The position numbers and the translations under genes are program-made. Of a DNA stretch of 64,000 nucleotides, positions 18,408 to 27,966 are shown in pieces. Position 1 is the stretch's first letter, and each line of letters opens with the position of its first letter. A model generated the notes under the pieces. The model was not told where the DNA came from. It saw nothing but the letters and a program-made list of their open reading frames with translations, and searched no databases. The stretch is from an uncultured virus (IMG/VR IMGVR_UViG_3300033069_001107) (lineage: Duplodnaviria; Heunggongvirae; Uroviricota; Caudoviricetes), in the IMG/VR virus record IMGVR_UViG_3300033069_001107, positions 1-64,000 of that record, one strand, 5' to 3'.

Positions 18408-18475
18408 CAAACCCTCCAACGCAGAACGCCCTCGACTCTCGTCGAGGGCGCCCTTTAGACCCAGCTGTTCTCGGC

Positions 18476-19294
18476 TCAGACCTTGTGGTAGGTCGGCACG
18501 GCGGTGTCGCCGTTGATCTCGAAGTCCCCGAAGAGCGTGGGGCACTCCTCCCGCAGGATGCACAGGATCTGCATCATCGGCCGTCGGATGCGCACGTCCG
18601 CGTGCGGCGAGCACCGCATCTCCAGCACGTGCCTCCAGGCGCGCACGTTCCCAGTGGTCAGGATGGGTGCCTCCACGTAGTTGCCGAGGACCGACCGCGC
18701 CGACCCCTGGATGCGCTTGCGGTAGTCCCGCGCCGACTCGCCCTCGGCCCTCGGGATGCGCGCCATCAGCTTGTCAATACGTCGTACGTACTGATCGTAG
18801 TTGATGTCGATGTCGGCCTCGAAGTCCTCCAGGGCCTCGGGGCTCGTCTGATCCTCGACGGGACAGACGAAGCGGAGGTAGTCCGAGTCGACGTAGCGCT
18901 GGCTGACCTGGGAGTACGCCATCCCGGTGCGGTGGCGCACCAGCTCGTGCGTCGTGGCCCGGTCGATCCCGAGGATCAGGAAGCCGTAGTTGATGTGTTC
19001 GAGCACAGAGCCGTGGGCCTGCGCCATGATGTTCTTGAGGTACTTCTCGTTCTCTGCGAACGGGGTGCGGTTCTTCGCCAGCGCCATGTAGCAGAGCTGG
19101 CCAGCGAACTGGAGGTACTCCTCGGGGCCGTCGGACCCATTCGTCTCGAAGTCCTCCAGGGCGTGGAGGAACTCTCCGTGCTCGTCGGCCATCGCGCTGA
19201 GCAGCTGGAGGGTCCGGGGGTGCGGTCGGCAGGCGAGCGCGACATCCGGCTGGGTCACATAGCGCACGCCGCGCTTGGTTGTTCCGTGGGTCAT
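18476..19294 (-). CDS. thyX: FAD-dependent thymidylate synthase
   Basis: HGSVLEH and the ThyX signature ELVRHRTGMAYSQVSQRY. Confidence 0.95.
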   Translation of the reverse strand: MTHGTTKRGVRYVTQPDVALACRPHPRTLQLLSAMADEHGEFLHALEDFETNGSDGPEEYLQFAGQLCYMALAKNRTPFAENEKYLKNIMAQAHGSVLEHINYGFLILGIDRATTHELVRHRTGMAYSQVSQRYVDSDYLRFVCPVEDQTSPEALEDFEADIDINYDQYVRRIDKLMARIPRAEGESARDYRKRIQGSARSVLGNYVEAPILTTGNVRAWRHVLEMRCSPHADVRIRRPMMQILCILREECPTLFGDFEINGDTAVPTYHKV

Positions 19295-19731
19295 TGAAAC
19301 CTTTCGTTGCACACCGCACACACGTGCGGAATGCCTTCGCTGAGGTGGTACTTGGTGGTCTTGACGAGGACGTTCCGCAGTTGGCCGAAGCAGTGAGGCC
19401 CGGGATGGACGAGCCTGCCGCCCTTGAGCTCGTAGCAGAGCGGGGCGGGGTAGGTCGAAGTGGGGAAGAGGGCCGCACGCACGAGGGAGAGGACCTTGTG
19501 CATGTGGGGGGAGGGGGTCTTGAATACGCCGTACGCGTAGACTTCACCCAGGAGGAGGAACGGGAAACGGCGGTAGCAGTAGTAGCCCTGCTTGTCGTTC
19601 CGCACGTAGGCGACGGGCTCCATCCCCGGGATGCGGATGCGCCCCTCCTCGACAGTCAGCGTAGGCGTCACACCCAGCTCCTGCCACTCGGCCTTGTCCT
19701 GATCCTTCATCACCACTTCGACCACTCTCAT
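19291..19731 (-). CDS. hypothetical protein
   Basis: Start ATG 19731; coupled to neighbours on both sides. Confidence 0.65.
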   Translation of the reverse strand: MRVVEVVMKDQDKAEWQELGVTPTLTVEEGRIRIPGMEPVAYVRNDKQGYYCYRRFPFLLLGEVYAYGVFKTPSPHMHKVLSLVRAALFPTSTYPAPLCYELKGGRLVHPGPHCFGQLRNVLVKTTKYHLSEGIPHVCAVCNERFQ

Positions 19732-20009
19732 GCCACTCGCTCCGGCCAGGGTTGATTCATGAAGTGCGCTTCGACACGTGGAGGGAGACACCCTCGCGCC
19801 TGAAAGACCTCCCGCTCGACCGCAGGCGTCAGCGCGAGGATGGAAACCAGCTGAGCCAGCCGCTCCGGGGAGATGCTACTCTTCCCCTTCTCCACGGCGC
19901 TGACGTAGGAGAGGTAGGTCCCGAGGGCGTCCCCGATCTCCTTGTACGTCAGACCCTTCCGCAGCCTCTCTCTGCGGAGGATCTCCCCTAACACACTACG
20001 ATCGTACAC
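19728..20009 (-). CDS. XRE-family HTH transcriptional regulator
   Basis: LGEILRRERLRKGLTYKEIGDALGTYLSYVSAVEKGK. Confidence 0.85.
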   Translation of the reverse strand: MYDRSVLGEILRRERLRKGLTYKEIGDALGTYLSYVSAVEKGKSSISPERLAQLVSILALTPAVEREVFQARGCLPPRVEAHFMNQPWPERVA

Positions 20010-20334
20010 GGGCCACCCAGTCGCTGAGGGGGATCAGCTCCAGGCCGTCGTCGGCTCCGAACATCCACCAGCCGTCACAAGTCTCCGCCAGTCGGAGGAA
20101 CTCGTGCGCCTCGGTCTCCTCCAGGTTCGACTCGGGGTCGTGAACCGCGCGCCAGAGCAGGCGAGGTAGGTCAACGTTGCGGGAGTCGCCCATCGCCTCC
20201 CGGCTCTTGGCCTCCATTCGCGTGAGCAGGAGCTCCGAGGCCAGGGTGCGCACGTCCTCGACGAGGCGCACGACATCCTGTTCGGAGTGCCAGCTGAGGG
20301 TCTGGAGGGTGTCCGGGAGGCTGAGGATCTTCAC
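19996..20334 (-). CDS. hypothetical protein
   Basis: 112-aa ORF. Confidence 0.65.
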   Translation of the reverse strand: MKILSLPDTLQTLSWHSEQDVVRLVEDVRTLASELLLTRMEAKSREAMGDSRNVDLPRLLWRAVHDPESNLEETEAHEFLRLAETCDGWWMFGADDGLELIPLSDWVARVRS

Positions 20335-20383
20335 AGGTAGAGTAATAGCTGTAAGAGCGGCCGGTGTAAAGGGGAAAGTGAGG

Positions 20384-20896
20384 TCAGAAGATTCGATCGA
20401 GGCTGTAGATCGGGCCCTCCTGTTGGAAGTCGGAAGTCACCCGGAGGAGGTCTTCGTAGTGCATAGTGCAGAGCCGTCGCCAACGGAACTTGCCAGTCCC
20501 CCTCCGTTGCCGCGCGAAGTGTGTGGCGGGACGAGGTGTTGCACACAGTTGACAGGTGGGCGCCATGCAGTCGGGGTCACCCCACGTCTGGATGGCTTCT
20601 CTCAGGTGTGGGAGCGACTCCGCAGGGTCTTCGTACACAGTGCTGGTGAGCCACTCCTCGCACAGGAGAAAGAGCTTCGCGATGCTGGACCCCAACTCCA
20701 GTGTGGATTCGAGGCGCATGTAGACCGACTCCTTGTCCCCCACTCGCCGAGAGAACTCGGCGATACGAATCCCGTACTTCTGATCCCACAGCACGACCTC
20801 TACTTCGCTCGGATTGGCGTCTTTTCCGAACAGAGGCTCGGCGATCAGCGCCGCCAGCTCTTTGCGGGCGGCTTCGATGCGCTTCTTCAGACCCAT
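20384..20896 (-). CDS. hypothetical protein with C-terminal Cys/His cluster
   Basis: Start ATG 20896 overlaps the helicase stop. Confidence 0.65.
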   Translation of the reverse strand: MGLKKRIEAARKELAALIAEPLFGKDANPSEVEVVLWDQKYGIRIAEFSRRVGDKESVYMRLESTLELGSSIAKLFLLCEEWLTSTVYEDPAESLPHLREAIQTWGDPDCMAPTCQLCATPRPATHFARQRRGTGKFRWRRLCTMHYEDLLRVTSDFQQEGPIYSLDRIF

Positions 20897-22389
20897 CAGA
20901 CATCTCCTTCCAACAGCCGCCGTGCGATCGACGGCGGGTACTCGCCCTTCTTGTTGGGCGTCTGGATCAGCCGGAGGTGTCCCGGATAATCCTTGGTCCA
21001 GAGCGTGCGCGTGATCGCCACGTAGTACAGGTTCTCGTTCTCCTCGCTGCTCAGGCGGAAGGTCCCTTCCATCACCCACACGTCTGTCCACTGGAGTCCC
21101 TTGGCCCGGTGGACGGAGCTGAGCAGGACGAATCCCTCTCCGCCTTCCTCGTCGGTGAAGAGCGCGTTGATCTTCTCGCGCAGCATCGCCACGTTGCGGG
21201 CGCCATCGCCCAGCTCCTTGAGCGCATCGACGATCTCCCCGAGCTCCTCGGCCTGCTCGTCCATCCCGGCGGCGACGAGCCGCTCCCCCTCGTTCTTGCG
21301 GTACTCCAGCGCCCAGTCGTAGAAGGCCGTGATGGAGGTGCCTCGGAACGCGTCGATGACGTTGTTGAACTTCTCGACGTACTCACGGCCCATCACCTTG
21401 GCCCGCACGCCGCGCTTGAGGAGCTGCATGCACACGCGGGTGAGCGCATAGTTCGAGCGGGCGATGACGACGTGCCCAGGGCGGATCATCCCATAGGATT
21501 CCTCCTCCTCCACCCACGTGACCTCGCCCTCCGGGGCGTCCTCGCAGGCCACGTAGTCGTCCACGATACCCTTCGCGATGTCCACGACGATCCGGGGGCA
21601 GCGGAAGGTGACCGTCAGGGGCAGGATCTCGGCCTTGAGGTCGTCGTTCACCAATCCCCGGATGTCGTCTGGGCTGGCCCCCCGGAACTGGTAGATGCAC
21701 TGCCGGTCGTCGAACACCACGATCATTCGCCCCCGGTTGCTGACGGCGCTGGTGATCAGCGCGCGCATCAGGGGGTTGCCGTCCTGGGCCTCGTCGTAGA
21801 GGACGTTGTCGTAGTACCCCGCGCGGATCCCGCGCATGACGGGTTGGTACATCATCTCGTCGAAGGTGATGTCGTTGGTGGGGAGCATGAGCGCCTTGAG
21901 GGTGTCCACCACCCACTCGGCGTACATGTCGTCGGTGTACCCCGCCTGCGGCAATACGCCGTACTGCCGCAGCAGCCCACGGATCTCCTCGGGGGTCTTC
22001 GCGAGGTGGTTCATGGCGTGCTGCGTGAGCTTGGAGACCGCGCCGTACACTCCCTTGGGGTGGACGCCGGGGATGACGCCCTGGACCACCTTGCGCAGCC
22101 GCGTGGAGTCCGGGGCCAGCGTCCACTGGTTGAGGCCCCGCTTCAGCGCGCGGAATCCCAGGCTGTGCGCCGTCATCACGTCCACGTGCTTCGGTACCTG
22201 GGGTCGCGTGTCGTCCGCGTTCTGCTTGTTGAACATCACGATCACGGACTTTTGCCGCTTGGGGATGGCCTCCACCATCTTCTTGATCGTGTAGGACTTG
22301 CCGGTCCCGGCGCGAGCCTGGACCGCGAGGTGATGCGTGGTTGTTCGCGCGCGTTCGATCGCGTGTAGTTGCTGTTCGGTCTCAGCCAT
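20896..22389 (-). CDS. UvrD/Rep-family (SF1) helicase
   Basis: ARAGTGKS, DEAQD, DDRQCIYQFRGA, TFRCP, SVHRAKGLQW and YVAITR motifs. Confidence 0.93.
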   Translation of the reverse strand: MAETEQQLHAIERARTTTHHLAVQARAGTGKSYTIKKMVEAIPKRQKSVIVMFNKQNADDTRPQVPKHVDVMTAHSLGFRALKRGLNQWTLAPDSTRLRKVVQGVIPGVHPKGVYGAVSKLTQHAMNHLAKTPEEIRGLLRQYGVLPQAGYTDDMYAEWVVDTLKALMLPTNDITFDEMMYQPVMRGIRAGYYDNVLYDEAQDGNPLMRALITSAVSNRGRMIVVFDDRQCIYQFRGASPDDIRGLVNDDLKAEILPLTVTFRCPRIVVDIAKGIVDDYVACEDAPEGEVTWVEEEESYGMIRPGHVVIARSNYALTRVCMQLLKRGVRAKVMGREYVEKFNNVIDAFRGTSITAFYDWALEYRKNEGERLVAAGMDEQAEELGEIVDALKELGDGARNVAMLREKINALFTDEEGGEGFVLLSSVHRAKGLQWTDVWVMEGTFRLSSEENENLYYVAITRTLWTKDYPGHLRLIQTPNKKGEYPPSIARRLLEGDV

Positions 22390-22930
22390 CAGTCTCTCCG
22401 ATTGGGATGTTGTCCACGGACATGAGTAGGAGCGTCTGGTTCGCACACTTGCGGCGCTGGGTGGCTTCGTCGTAGGGGGTGTAGTCGTCGGTGTAGTAGC
22501 GCGCCGAGTTGTACGCCCTGGGCTTCTCGCTGCCGGGAGCCGTCTCGATCACGCTGGTCCAGTACGCCGTAATGCCGCTGAGGTGGACACGCGCCAGATG
22601 CGGCGCCACGTACCCAACGAAGCGACGCACGGCGACCACTCGGCAACCACGCACCTTCCCTACGAAGAACCCGTGATCCCCCGAGGCCCAGCGCAGACTC
22701 TCAGGGAGCCCCCAAAGGGCACCCTCGTGGGTTTCTTGGTGGGATACGACTACGACTTCCGCCCCCGCCTTGAGGCGTCCGATGTGCCTGAGGATTCGCT
22801 GTTCACTGGCGGCGTACCAGTGGGCGGTCTCCGCGTCCAGCCAGCGGTCTTCGGCGGTGTACCTTCCGGCAGGACTCCTGAGCGTCCCGTCTGCGTTCTT
22901 GATGGCGAGGCTGAAGGAGGTCTTTGACAT
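22382..22930 (-). CDS. hypothetical protein
   Basis: Start ATG 22930 with AGGAG RBS. Confidence 0.7.
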   Translation of the reverse strand: MSKTSFSLAIKNADGTLRSPAGRYTAEDRWLDAETAHWYAASEQRILRHIGRLKAGAEVVVVSHQETHEGALWGLPESLRWASGDHGFFVGKVRGCRVVAVRRFVGYVAPHLARVHLSGITAYWTSVIETAPGSEKPRAYNSARYYTDDYTPYDEATQRRKCANQTLLLMSVDNIPIGETDG

Positions 22931-22946
22931 GGGTGCTCCTGGGCAC

Positions 22947-22983
22947 AAAAGAAAAGGCGCCTGGAGTTTCCTCCAGGCGCCTT
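22947..22983 (-). terminator. intrinsic terminator
   Basis: AAGGCGCCTGGAG/CTCCAGGCGCCTT stem plus TTTTCTTTT on the minus strand. Confidence 0.8.
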
Positions 22984-23017
22984 CTCAGTTCTCAGTCGGG
23001 GTGAGCTTCGCTGCCGA

Positions 23018-23281
23018 TCACTCGGCGGCGGGGGCCTCGCCGGTCGCGGCGGGGGCCTCGGTCTCGGCTTCCTCCTTGACGATCAGCGACACCTCGGCGG
23101 CGGTCGCCTCGGCGGGGTAGCGCTTGATCGAGCTGTTGAGCTGCTTCACCGCGAGGCGCCGCTGCGCGCGGATGTTCTTCACGGACTCGCGGAGGTACTC
23201 GATCTCGTTGTCGGCGCTGACGATGGTGGCCGACGTCTTCTTCATGTTCTCGATGATGAGGGGGTTCAGCTGCTGGGACAT
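23018..23281 (-). CDS. small coiled-coil protein
   Basis: 87 aa, extreme codon bias, own terminator. Confidence 0.8.
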   Translation of the reverse strand: MSQQLNPLIIENMKKTSATIVSADNEIEYLRESVKNIRAQRRLAVKQLNSSIKRYPAEATAAEVSLIVKEEAETEAPAATGEAPAAE

Positions 23282-23289
23282 GGGGGACC

Positions 23290-23301
23290 TACCTTTGGGT
23301 G
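23290..23301 (+). promoter_or_regulatory. leaderless-type promoter (class B)
   Basis: TACCTT-N6-ATG(23302). Confidence 0.5.
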
Positions 23302-23991
23302 ATGAGAGTGATCGATCTGGCCTTAGTCAACCATGACTCGGGCCTCTTGCCAACTGAACTGCGCCAGTTTTCCTACGCCCTCGAAGAACAACTTCGGGAA
23401 GACGTGGCCCCCGTCTGGGGGCGCTGCGCCAACCCGTGGGTCGCGGGGGGCGTCGAAAACCTGCCGTCGAGAGTGTGGCAACTCCACTTCTGGTCGACCC
23501 CCCGGGACGCTCACGTGAGCGGCGCCTTGGGGTACCACCAGACTCAGGGGAATCAACATGTACCTGTGGGCCACGTCTTCGTCAAGACGATTCGTGCACA
23601 TGGTGAAGAATGGTCGGTGATCGCCTCCCACGAGGCGATCGAGATGCTGGGGAACGAGTGGATCAACCTGGAGGTGTCCAGGGTTCGGGGGAACGGGGCG
23701 AAGGAGCTCTGGCCGAGAGAACTTTGCGACGCCTGTCAAGGACTTTCCTACCAAAGAAAAGGTGTCGCCCTCTCGGACTTCGTCTACCCCGAGTGGTTCA
23801 TTGAGGGGTCGGACGGCCCCTTCGACCACCTGAGGCAGTTGAAGGAGCCGTTCGCGATTCACGAGAGTGGGTACGCGGCGATCAGGAAGATCGTGGGAGG
23901 CACGATCACGGAGCGGAACGTCTACGGGGCCGCGTATCCCCGGTGGCGCAAGAAGCCCCGCCCTGAGTCGAGAAAAGGTCGGCGGGGGTAG
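23302..23991 (+). CDS. zincin-like metallohydrolase/peptidase
   Basis: GALGYH, SHEAIEML, ELCDAC and LSDFVYPEWF motifs. Confidence 0.65.
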   Translation: MRVIDLALVNHDSGLLPTELRQFSYALEEQLREDVAPVWGRCANPWVAGGVENLPSRVWQLHFWSTPRDAHVSGALGYHQTQGNQHVPVGHVFVKTIRAHGEEWSVIASHEAIEMLGNEWINLEVSRVRGNGAKELWPRELCDACQGLSYQRKGVALSDFVYPEWFIEGSDGPFDHLRQLKEPFAIHESGYAAIRKIVGGTITERNVYGAAYPRWRKKPRPESRKGRRG

Positions 23992-23994
23992 CAG

Positions 23995-24330
23995 TTACTT
24001 GAAACTGTCTTCGTCCAGCCAGGAGAGCGCCTCTGCCGCGCGCTTGTAGGGCGCCGAGGCTGCGAGAAGCGGAAAGAGTGTGTCCGCGATCTTCACCAGC
24101 GCCGCGTCCAATACCTCTTCCCGCACATTAGCCGGGATGAGCGTGCAGTAACTCGCGCTCTCAACGCCGTCCCAACCGCACAGGTTGGGGTCTTCGGACG
24201 CAACATCCACGTAGTAGCGCAGGTGGACGTAGTCCCCGGGGGTGTTTGGGTTGTACGTGCCGTCTACGCCTTCATTGGTTTCGTCCGTGAGGACTACGCG
24301 ATACGCCCCGCGTTCCAGGGTTCGCTCCAT
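23995..24330 (-). CDS. hypothetical protein
   Basis: Start ATG 24330 with AGGAGGT RBS. Confidence 0.7.
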   Translation of the reverse strand: MERTLERGAYRVVLTDETNEGVDGTYNPNTPGDYVHLRYYVDVASEDPNLCGWDGVESASYCTLIPANVREEVLDAALVKIADTLFPLLAASAPYKRAAEALSWLDEDSFK

Positions 24331-24341
24331 GGCGTCACCTC

Positions 24342-24758
24342 CTATACGCCGTACGCCATCTCGATCTGATGGATGACCTCTCGATGCCAGCTGAGAGGCG
24401 CCTCGCGTGTCAGGGCGGGGCACAGGATCCTCGGGAGGTCGGTGGCGTCCGGAGGTACGGGGACACCCATCTCCTTGAGGATGTACTTGACGGTGTCTCG
24501 ATCGACCCCAGGCTCTCGCCTGAAGTGGTCTTCCAGCTTCTTGATCAGCGTCCCGTACATGGCACCCACGACACCCAGGCGCCAGAGATCCATGTACGCG
24601 TCGAACTGCCGCTCGGCCGACTCCAGGGCTTGGATGTCGATCTCCATCGGCATGTCGTCGTTGCTGATGTCGGCGGAGATCCTGGCGGTATGCCTCTCCA
24701 CCAGCTTCGTGATCGCGTTGGCGTTGTCGACCATACGCGCCAGCTTCGAGCTACTCAT
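24342..24758 (-). CDS. hypothetical protein
   Basis: 138-aa ORF coupled to the upstream gene. Confidence 0.75.
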   Translation of the reverse strand: MSSSKLARMVDNANAITKLVERHTARISADISNDDMPMEIDIQALESAERQFDAYMDLWRLGVVGAMYGTLIKKLEDHFRREPGVDRDTVKYILKEMGVPVPPDATDLPRILCPALTREAPLSWHREVIHQIEMAYGV

Positions 24759-25075
24759 CGCGGCCTCAAGTTGCTCGGGACCGCGTGCATCAGGCTGTCC
24801 GCCCGCTCGGACAGCTCCTCCGCGAAGCCCACGACCGTGGTGCGCAGGTCGAGGAGCTGCTCCTCCAGGCTCTTGATCTGGTTCGTCAGGTCCGTGTAGC
24901 CCTGGACGCTGATGGCGTCCATGGGCGTCGCCAGGATGCGCTCGATGGACGCGGACACGTCGGTGGGAGGGCGCAAGCCGAGCGTGGCGTAGATGCTCTT
25001 GAGCGTGCGGGCGAGGGTCTGGGTCGCCTCCCAGTAATCCCTGAGGGGCCAGTCTTTGGGTACTTCGGGGTGCAT
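24755..25075 (-). CDS. hypothetical protein
   Basis: AGGAGG RBS, downstream of a class A promoter. Confidence 0.75.
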   Translation of the reverse strand: MHPEVPKDWPLRDYWEATQTLARTLKSIYATLGLRPPTDVSASIERILATPMDAISVQGYTDLTNQIKSLEEQLLDLRTTVVGFAEELSERADSLMHAVPSNLRPR

Positions 25076-25106
25076 GAGTCCTCCTGGCTACATGTGGGTA
25101 GCGTGT

Positions 25107-25135
25107 CTTCTACCAGAATGCGCGGGACTTTTCGG
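25107..25135 (-). promoter_or_regulatory. class A phage promoter, copy 3 (variant)
   Basis: CCGAA-N11-ATTCTGGTAGAAG. Confidence 0.6.
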
Positions 25136-25146
25136 CGCCCCTCGGC

Positions 25147-25158
25147 TAGCCTCTTGAC
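25147..25158 (+). promoter_or_regulatory. leaderless-type promoter (class B)
   Basis: TAGCCT-N6-ATG(25159). Confidence 0.6.
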
Positions 25159-25581
25159 ATGAACCGTCTCATCACCATCGTCGTCCTGTCGTTCTCCCTC
25201 CTGCTCCCCGGCTGCGCCTCCTGGGCCCAGCGCTACCGGGACACCCCCGTGGCCGCGTTCACGCAGGACGTAGCCTACATGAACCTCGCCGTGGGCGTCG
25301 CCCGCGCGGCGGTCGCCAGCACGGGCGACACCGACGCCATGCGCCAGTTCGACCAGATCGCGGGTCAGGTCCAGCGTGGCCTCGCCCTCGCCACCGACGG
25401 CGTGCGCATCGCCGCCAACGCGGGCAGCAGCCAGCCCGACTACGGGGCCCTCCTGCGCGACTCCAAGTCGGCCATGGGGAGCCTGAACGAGTTCATCCGT
25501 GGGTTCACCACGGGCCCGGGGCAGGCCGCGAACCCGATGATGCGCGAGGCGGCGCTGATGACCGAGAGGGCGGCGCAGTAG
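25159..25581 (+). CDS. lipoprotein
   Basis: Signal peptide MNRLITIVVLSFSLLLPG-C with lipobox-like LPGC. Confidence 0.8.
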   Translation: MNRLITIVVLSFSLLLPGCASWAQRYRDTPVAAFTQDVAYMNLAVGVARAAVASTGDTDAMRQFDQIAGQVQRGLALATDGVRIAANAGSSQPDYGALLRDSKSAMGSLNEFIRGFTTGPGQAANPMMREAALMTERAAQ

Positions 25582-25606
25582 TCGGACCGTATACGGCGTA
25601 CGGGGC

Positions 25607-25650
25607 AAAAGAAAGGCCGAACGCCCCACGGCTCCGAAGAGCCGTGGGGT
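25607..25650 (-). terminator. terminator between convergent genes
   Basis: CCCCACGGCTC-CGAA-GAGCCGTGGGG (UUCG loop on minus) and TTTCTTTT tail. Confidence 0.75.
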
Positions 25651-25659
25651 GGGAGTGGG

Positions 25660-26157
25660 TCAGTCGTCGGTCGCCGGGTAGGGGGTGTACTCAGGCCCCG
25701 CTCCGAGCGGGTAGACCCAGCTGCCCGTCTCCGGCCCGCTCTGGAACACGAGCTTCCCATCGAACATCACAGAGGTCCTGTAGACCCCCGGGCGGGCCCA
25801 CTCGCAGGCCCACGACCAGCCGTAACCATCCTGCTCTTCGCGCCACTCGGTGCGCGCGAGGGCCTCGCAGAACTTCTCCGCGAGGTCGCAAGCATCGCGA
25901 CGCTCTCGCTCCGCGATTCCCAGCAGCGCACAGAGATCCCTACGCTCCTCGGAGCGCGCAGCCTTCCCCTTCTCCGTCGAAGGTTCCGGGCGGTAGTCGA
26001 GGCCGCCTTCCCCCCAGATCTTCTTCCACGCCCGCCCCTCCCGCCCCTTCGGAGTGCTCGTCACCCCCAGCAAGGGCACCGCCTCGTCGGTGTCCCCCAC
26101 CACGAGGTGGAGGAGGCTCAGCATGATCCCGGACACGTCGCGAGTAGTATGCAGCAT
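25660..26157 (-). CDS. hypothetical protein (cassette-like gene)
   Basis: Start ATG 26157, just downstream of repeat copy 1. Confidence 0.7.
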   Translation of the reverse strand: MLHTTRDVSGIMLSLLHLVVGDTDEAVPLLGVTSTPKGREGRAWKKIWGEGGLDYRPEPSTEKGKAARSEERRDLCALLGIAERERRDACDLAEKFCEALARTEWREEQDGYGWSWACEWARPGVYRTSVMFDGKLVFQSGPETGSWVYPLGAGPEYTPYPATDD

Positions 26158-26168
26158 CGTCTCATCTC

Positions 26169-26267
26169 CCGACCCCTCTACGGTGGGGTCCAGCGGCATC
26201 GTACAGCCGCCCGTCGGAACGCCCTATGCGTTACCGATGATCTCCCCTCTAACGCGGGGGAGTTGCG
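26169..26267. repeat. four-hairpin intergenic element, copy 1
   Basis: 64-nt core (26204-26267) identical to copy 2; about 99 nt shared with copy 3. Confidence 0.9.
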
Positions 26268-26273
26268 TTGAGC

Positions 26274-26723
26274 TCAGCCCAGCGGGCGACATTCGCCGCC
26301 GACGGTCTTCAGCTCATGGCCGAAGACCCCCAGCTGGGCTTCCCAGGTACCCTTCACTACACGGTGTCCCGTGTAGTGAAGGGGCGGGTGGTAGCCCTCG
26401 GCGACGTACGCGTCGAGGGCCTTTGCCAGCGCCCCGAGCGCTTGCGGGTCTTCGACGATCCGCTCACGCCCAAGCCCAGTGATTCGCCACTTGGTAGGCG
26501 CGCTCAGACGCGCCCGATCCACGACGCCGAACGCGCCGTAGATCTTCACCCCCGTCTCGGGGTCTTCCGAGATGGGGTATCCGACGGTCACCACGTAGGT
26601 GCCGTCACGCTCGCACAGGACCTCCCCCTCCAGCAGCGCCTCGGGGGGCACATCGGGGAGGGCCTCGAAACGTACGCCCGTGTGCTCTTCCGCACGGGCC
26701 TTGAATGACTCAGTCGATTCCAT
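26274..26723 (-). CDS. hypothetical protein
   Basis: 149-aa ORF ending 6 nt before the repeat. Confidence 0.7.
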   Translation of the reverse strand: MESTESFKARAEEHTGVRFEALPDVPPEALLEGEVLCERDGTYVVTVGYPISEDPETGVKIYGAFGVVDRARLSAPTKWRITGLGRERIVEDPQALGALAKALDAYVAEGYHPPLHYTGHRVVKGTWEAQLGVFGHELKTVGGECRPLG

Positions 26724-26785
26724 TCGTCCACCGATCTCCCGGAGAACTCCGGGTCAACAAACAGACCACCTATCGGGAAGCGTGC

Positions 26786-27454
26786 TCAGCCGTAGCTGGG
26801 TGATACGCACGCAGCGTAGATCTCCGACCACAGGGGGAGATCGTCGTCGCAGAACACCACAGGCACGTCCGCGCGAAACTCCGGGTAGACCCCCGAGAGC
26901 CTCGCGATCGCCACCCCAGCCAGCGCAGCGATCCATCGCCGCGTCCGCCGATATGAACTGGGCCAGTCGGGGTTGATGCTCTCGGAGTCGTCTCCGGTGA
27001 GGACCTCCGTCGACCACACTTGGTCTCTCACCCCGCCCAGTTCGGCGAGGACGAGGATGGTGTCCTCGCTGCGGTGAAGCCGCACCAGCAGAGGTCCCGC
27101 ACACGCCTCGGCGCGCAGACGCCCCGCCTCGATCGCCGCAGTCCACGCGGGCCCCGCTCCGCTCTGCTTCGTAGCAGCACCGAGGCGCTGCCACAGCGGG
27201 TGCCGCTCCGTGCCACAGCCTCCGACGCCTTGGGGGCCTCCGACCCCGACGCTGTCGAGGATGCAGTGAAACACCACAGCGCAGCTGGGGGCCTTGAGGT
27301 ACTCCACGTCGCACGCCGCCATCACGGCGGCGACTCGCGCCTCGTGTCGCTCCTTCGCCGTCAGCTTGACGAGAAGGTCGGCTGCGGGGCCAGTCACTCG
27401 CAGCGCGCTCAGGTTGGCCCGGAGATCACGGGCCGTAGGGGTCATCGTCTTCAT
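26786..27454 (-). CDS. hypothetical protein
   Basis: Start ATG 27454, just downstream of repeat copy 2. Confidence 0.7.
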   Translation of the reverse strand: MKTMTPTARDLRANLSALRVTGPAADLLVKLTAKERHEARVAAVMAACDVEYLKAPSCAVVFHCILDSVGVGGPQGVGGCGTERHPLWQRLGAATKQSGAGPAWTAAIEAGRLRAEACAGPLLVRLHRSEDTILVLAELGGVRDQVWSTEVLTGDDSESINPDWPSSYRRTRRWIAALAGVAIARLSGVYPEFRADVPVVFCDDDLPLWSEIYAACVSPSYG

Positions 27455-27468
27455 TGTCGCATCCTGTT

Positions 27469-27565
27469 CGGGACTTTCGGCTCCCGCTCGCGGCATCCAT
27501 GCAGCCGCCCGTCGGAACGCCCTATGCGTTACCGATGATCTCCCCTCTAACGCGGGGGAGTTGCG
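27469..27565. repeat. four-hairpin intergenic element, copy 2
   Basis: Core 27502-27565; first hairpin replaced by CGGGACTTTCGGCTCCCG. Confidence 0.9.
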
Positions 27566-27577
27566 TCGGTGCTCAGT

Positions 27578-27955
27578 TCAGCTCGGGAGCCTTCCCGTGG
27601 CTACCACCACGTAGCCGGGGAAGTCGCGCTTCATCATCGCATCGAACTCCTCGCCCGCCTTGGCGATGGCCGCGAGCTCCTTGCGCCGCTTCTGCACGGC
27701 GAGGGCCAAGGTCCACATGTGGGCCTCATCTCCCAACGGGATCAGAATCTGGTAGAGCTTCTCCAGTTCCCCGCGATCGAAGATAGCGGTGAATACGCGA
27801 CCAAGACCCTCGCGGTACTCTGCCAGGGGGCGCTTCCCCAGTTCGCGCAGCGTCGCGCGGAGCAGCGGGCCTTCGGACCCGACCCATTCCTGCCGAAGCA
27901 GCAGGAGGCAGTCGTACGCCGTGGGACCATCCCCGGCGCTCTTGTCGTGAGTCAT
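27578..27955 (-). CDS. hypothetical protein
   Basis: Start ATG 27955; flanked by repeat copies 2 and 3. Confidence 0.7.
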   Translation of the reverse strand: MTHDKSAGDGPTAYDCLLLLRQEWVGSEGPLLRATLRELGKRPLAEYREGLGRVFTAIFDRGELEKLYQILIPLGDEAHMWTLALAVQKRRKELAAIAKAGEEFDAMMKRDFPGYVVVATGRLPS

Positions 27956-27966
27956 CGTCGAACCCT

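Noticed and set aside
20701..22368. 555-aa plus-strand ORF
   Set aside because: Antisense shadow of the UvrD-family helicase
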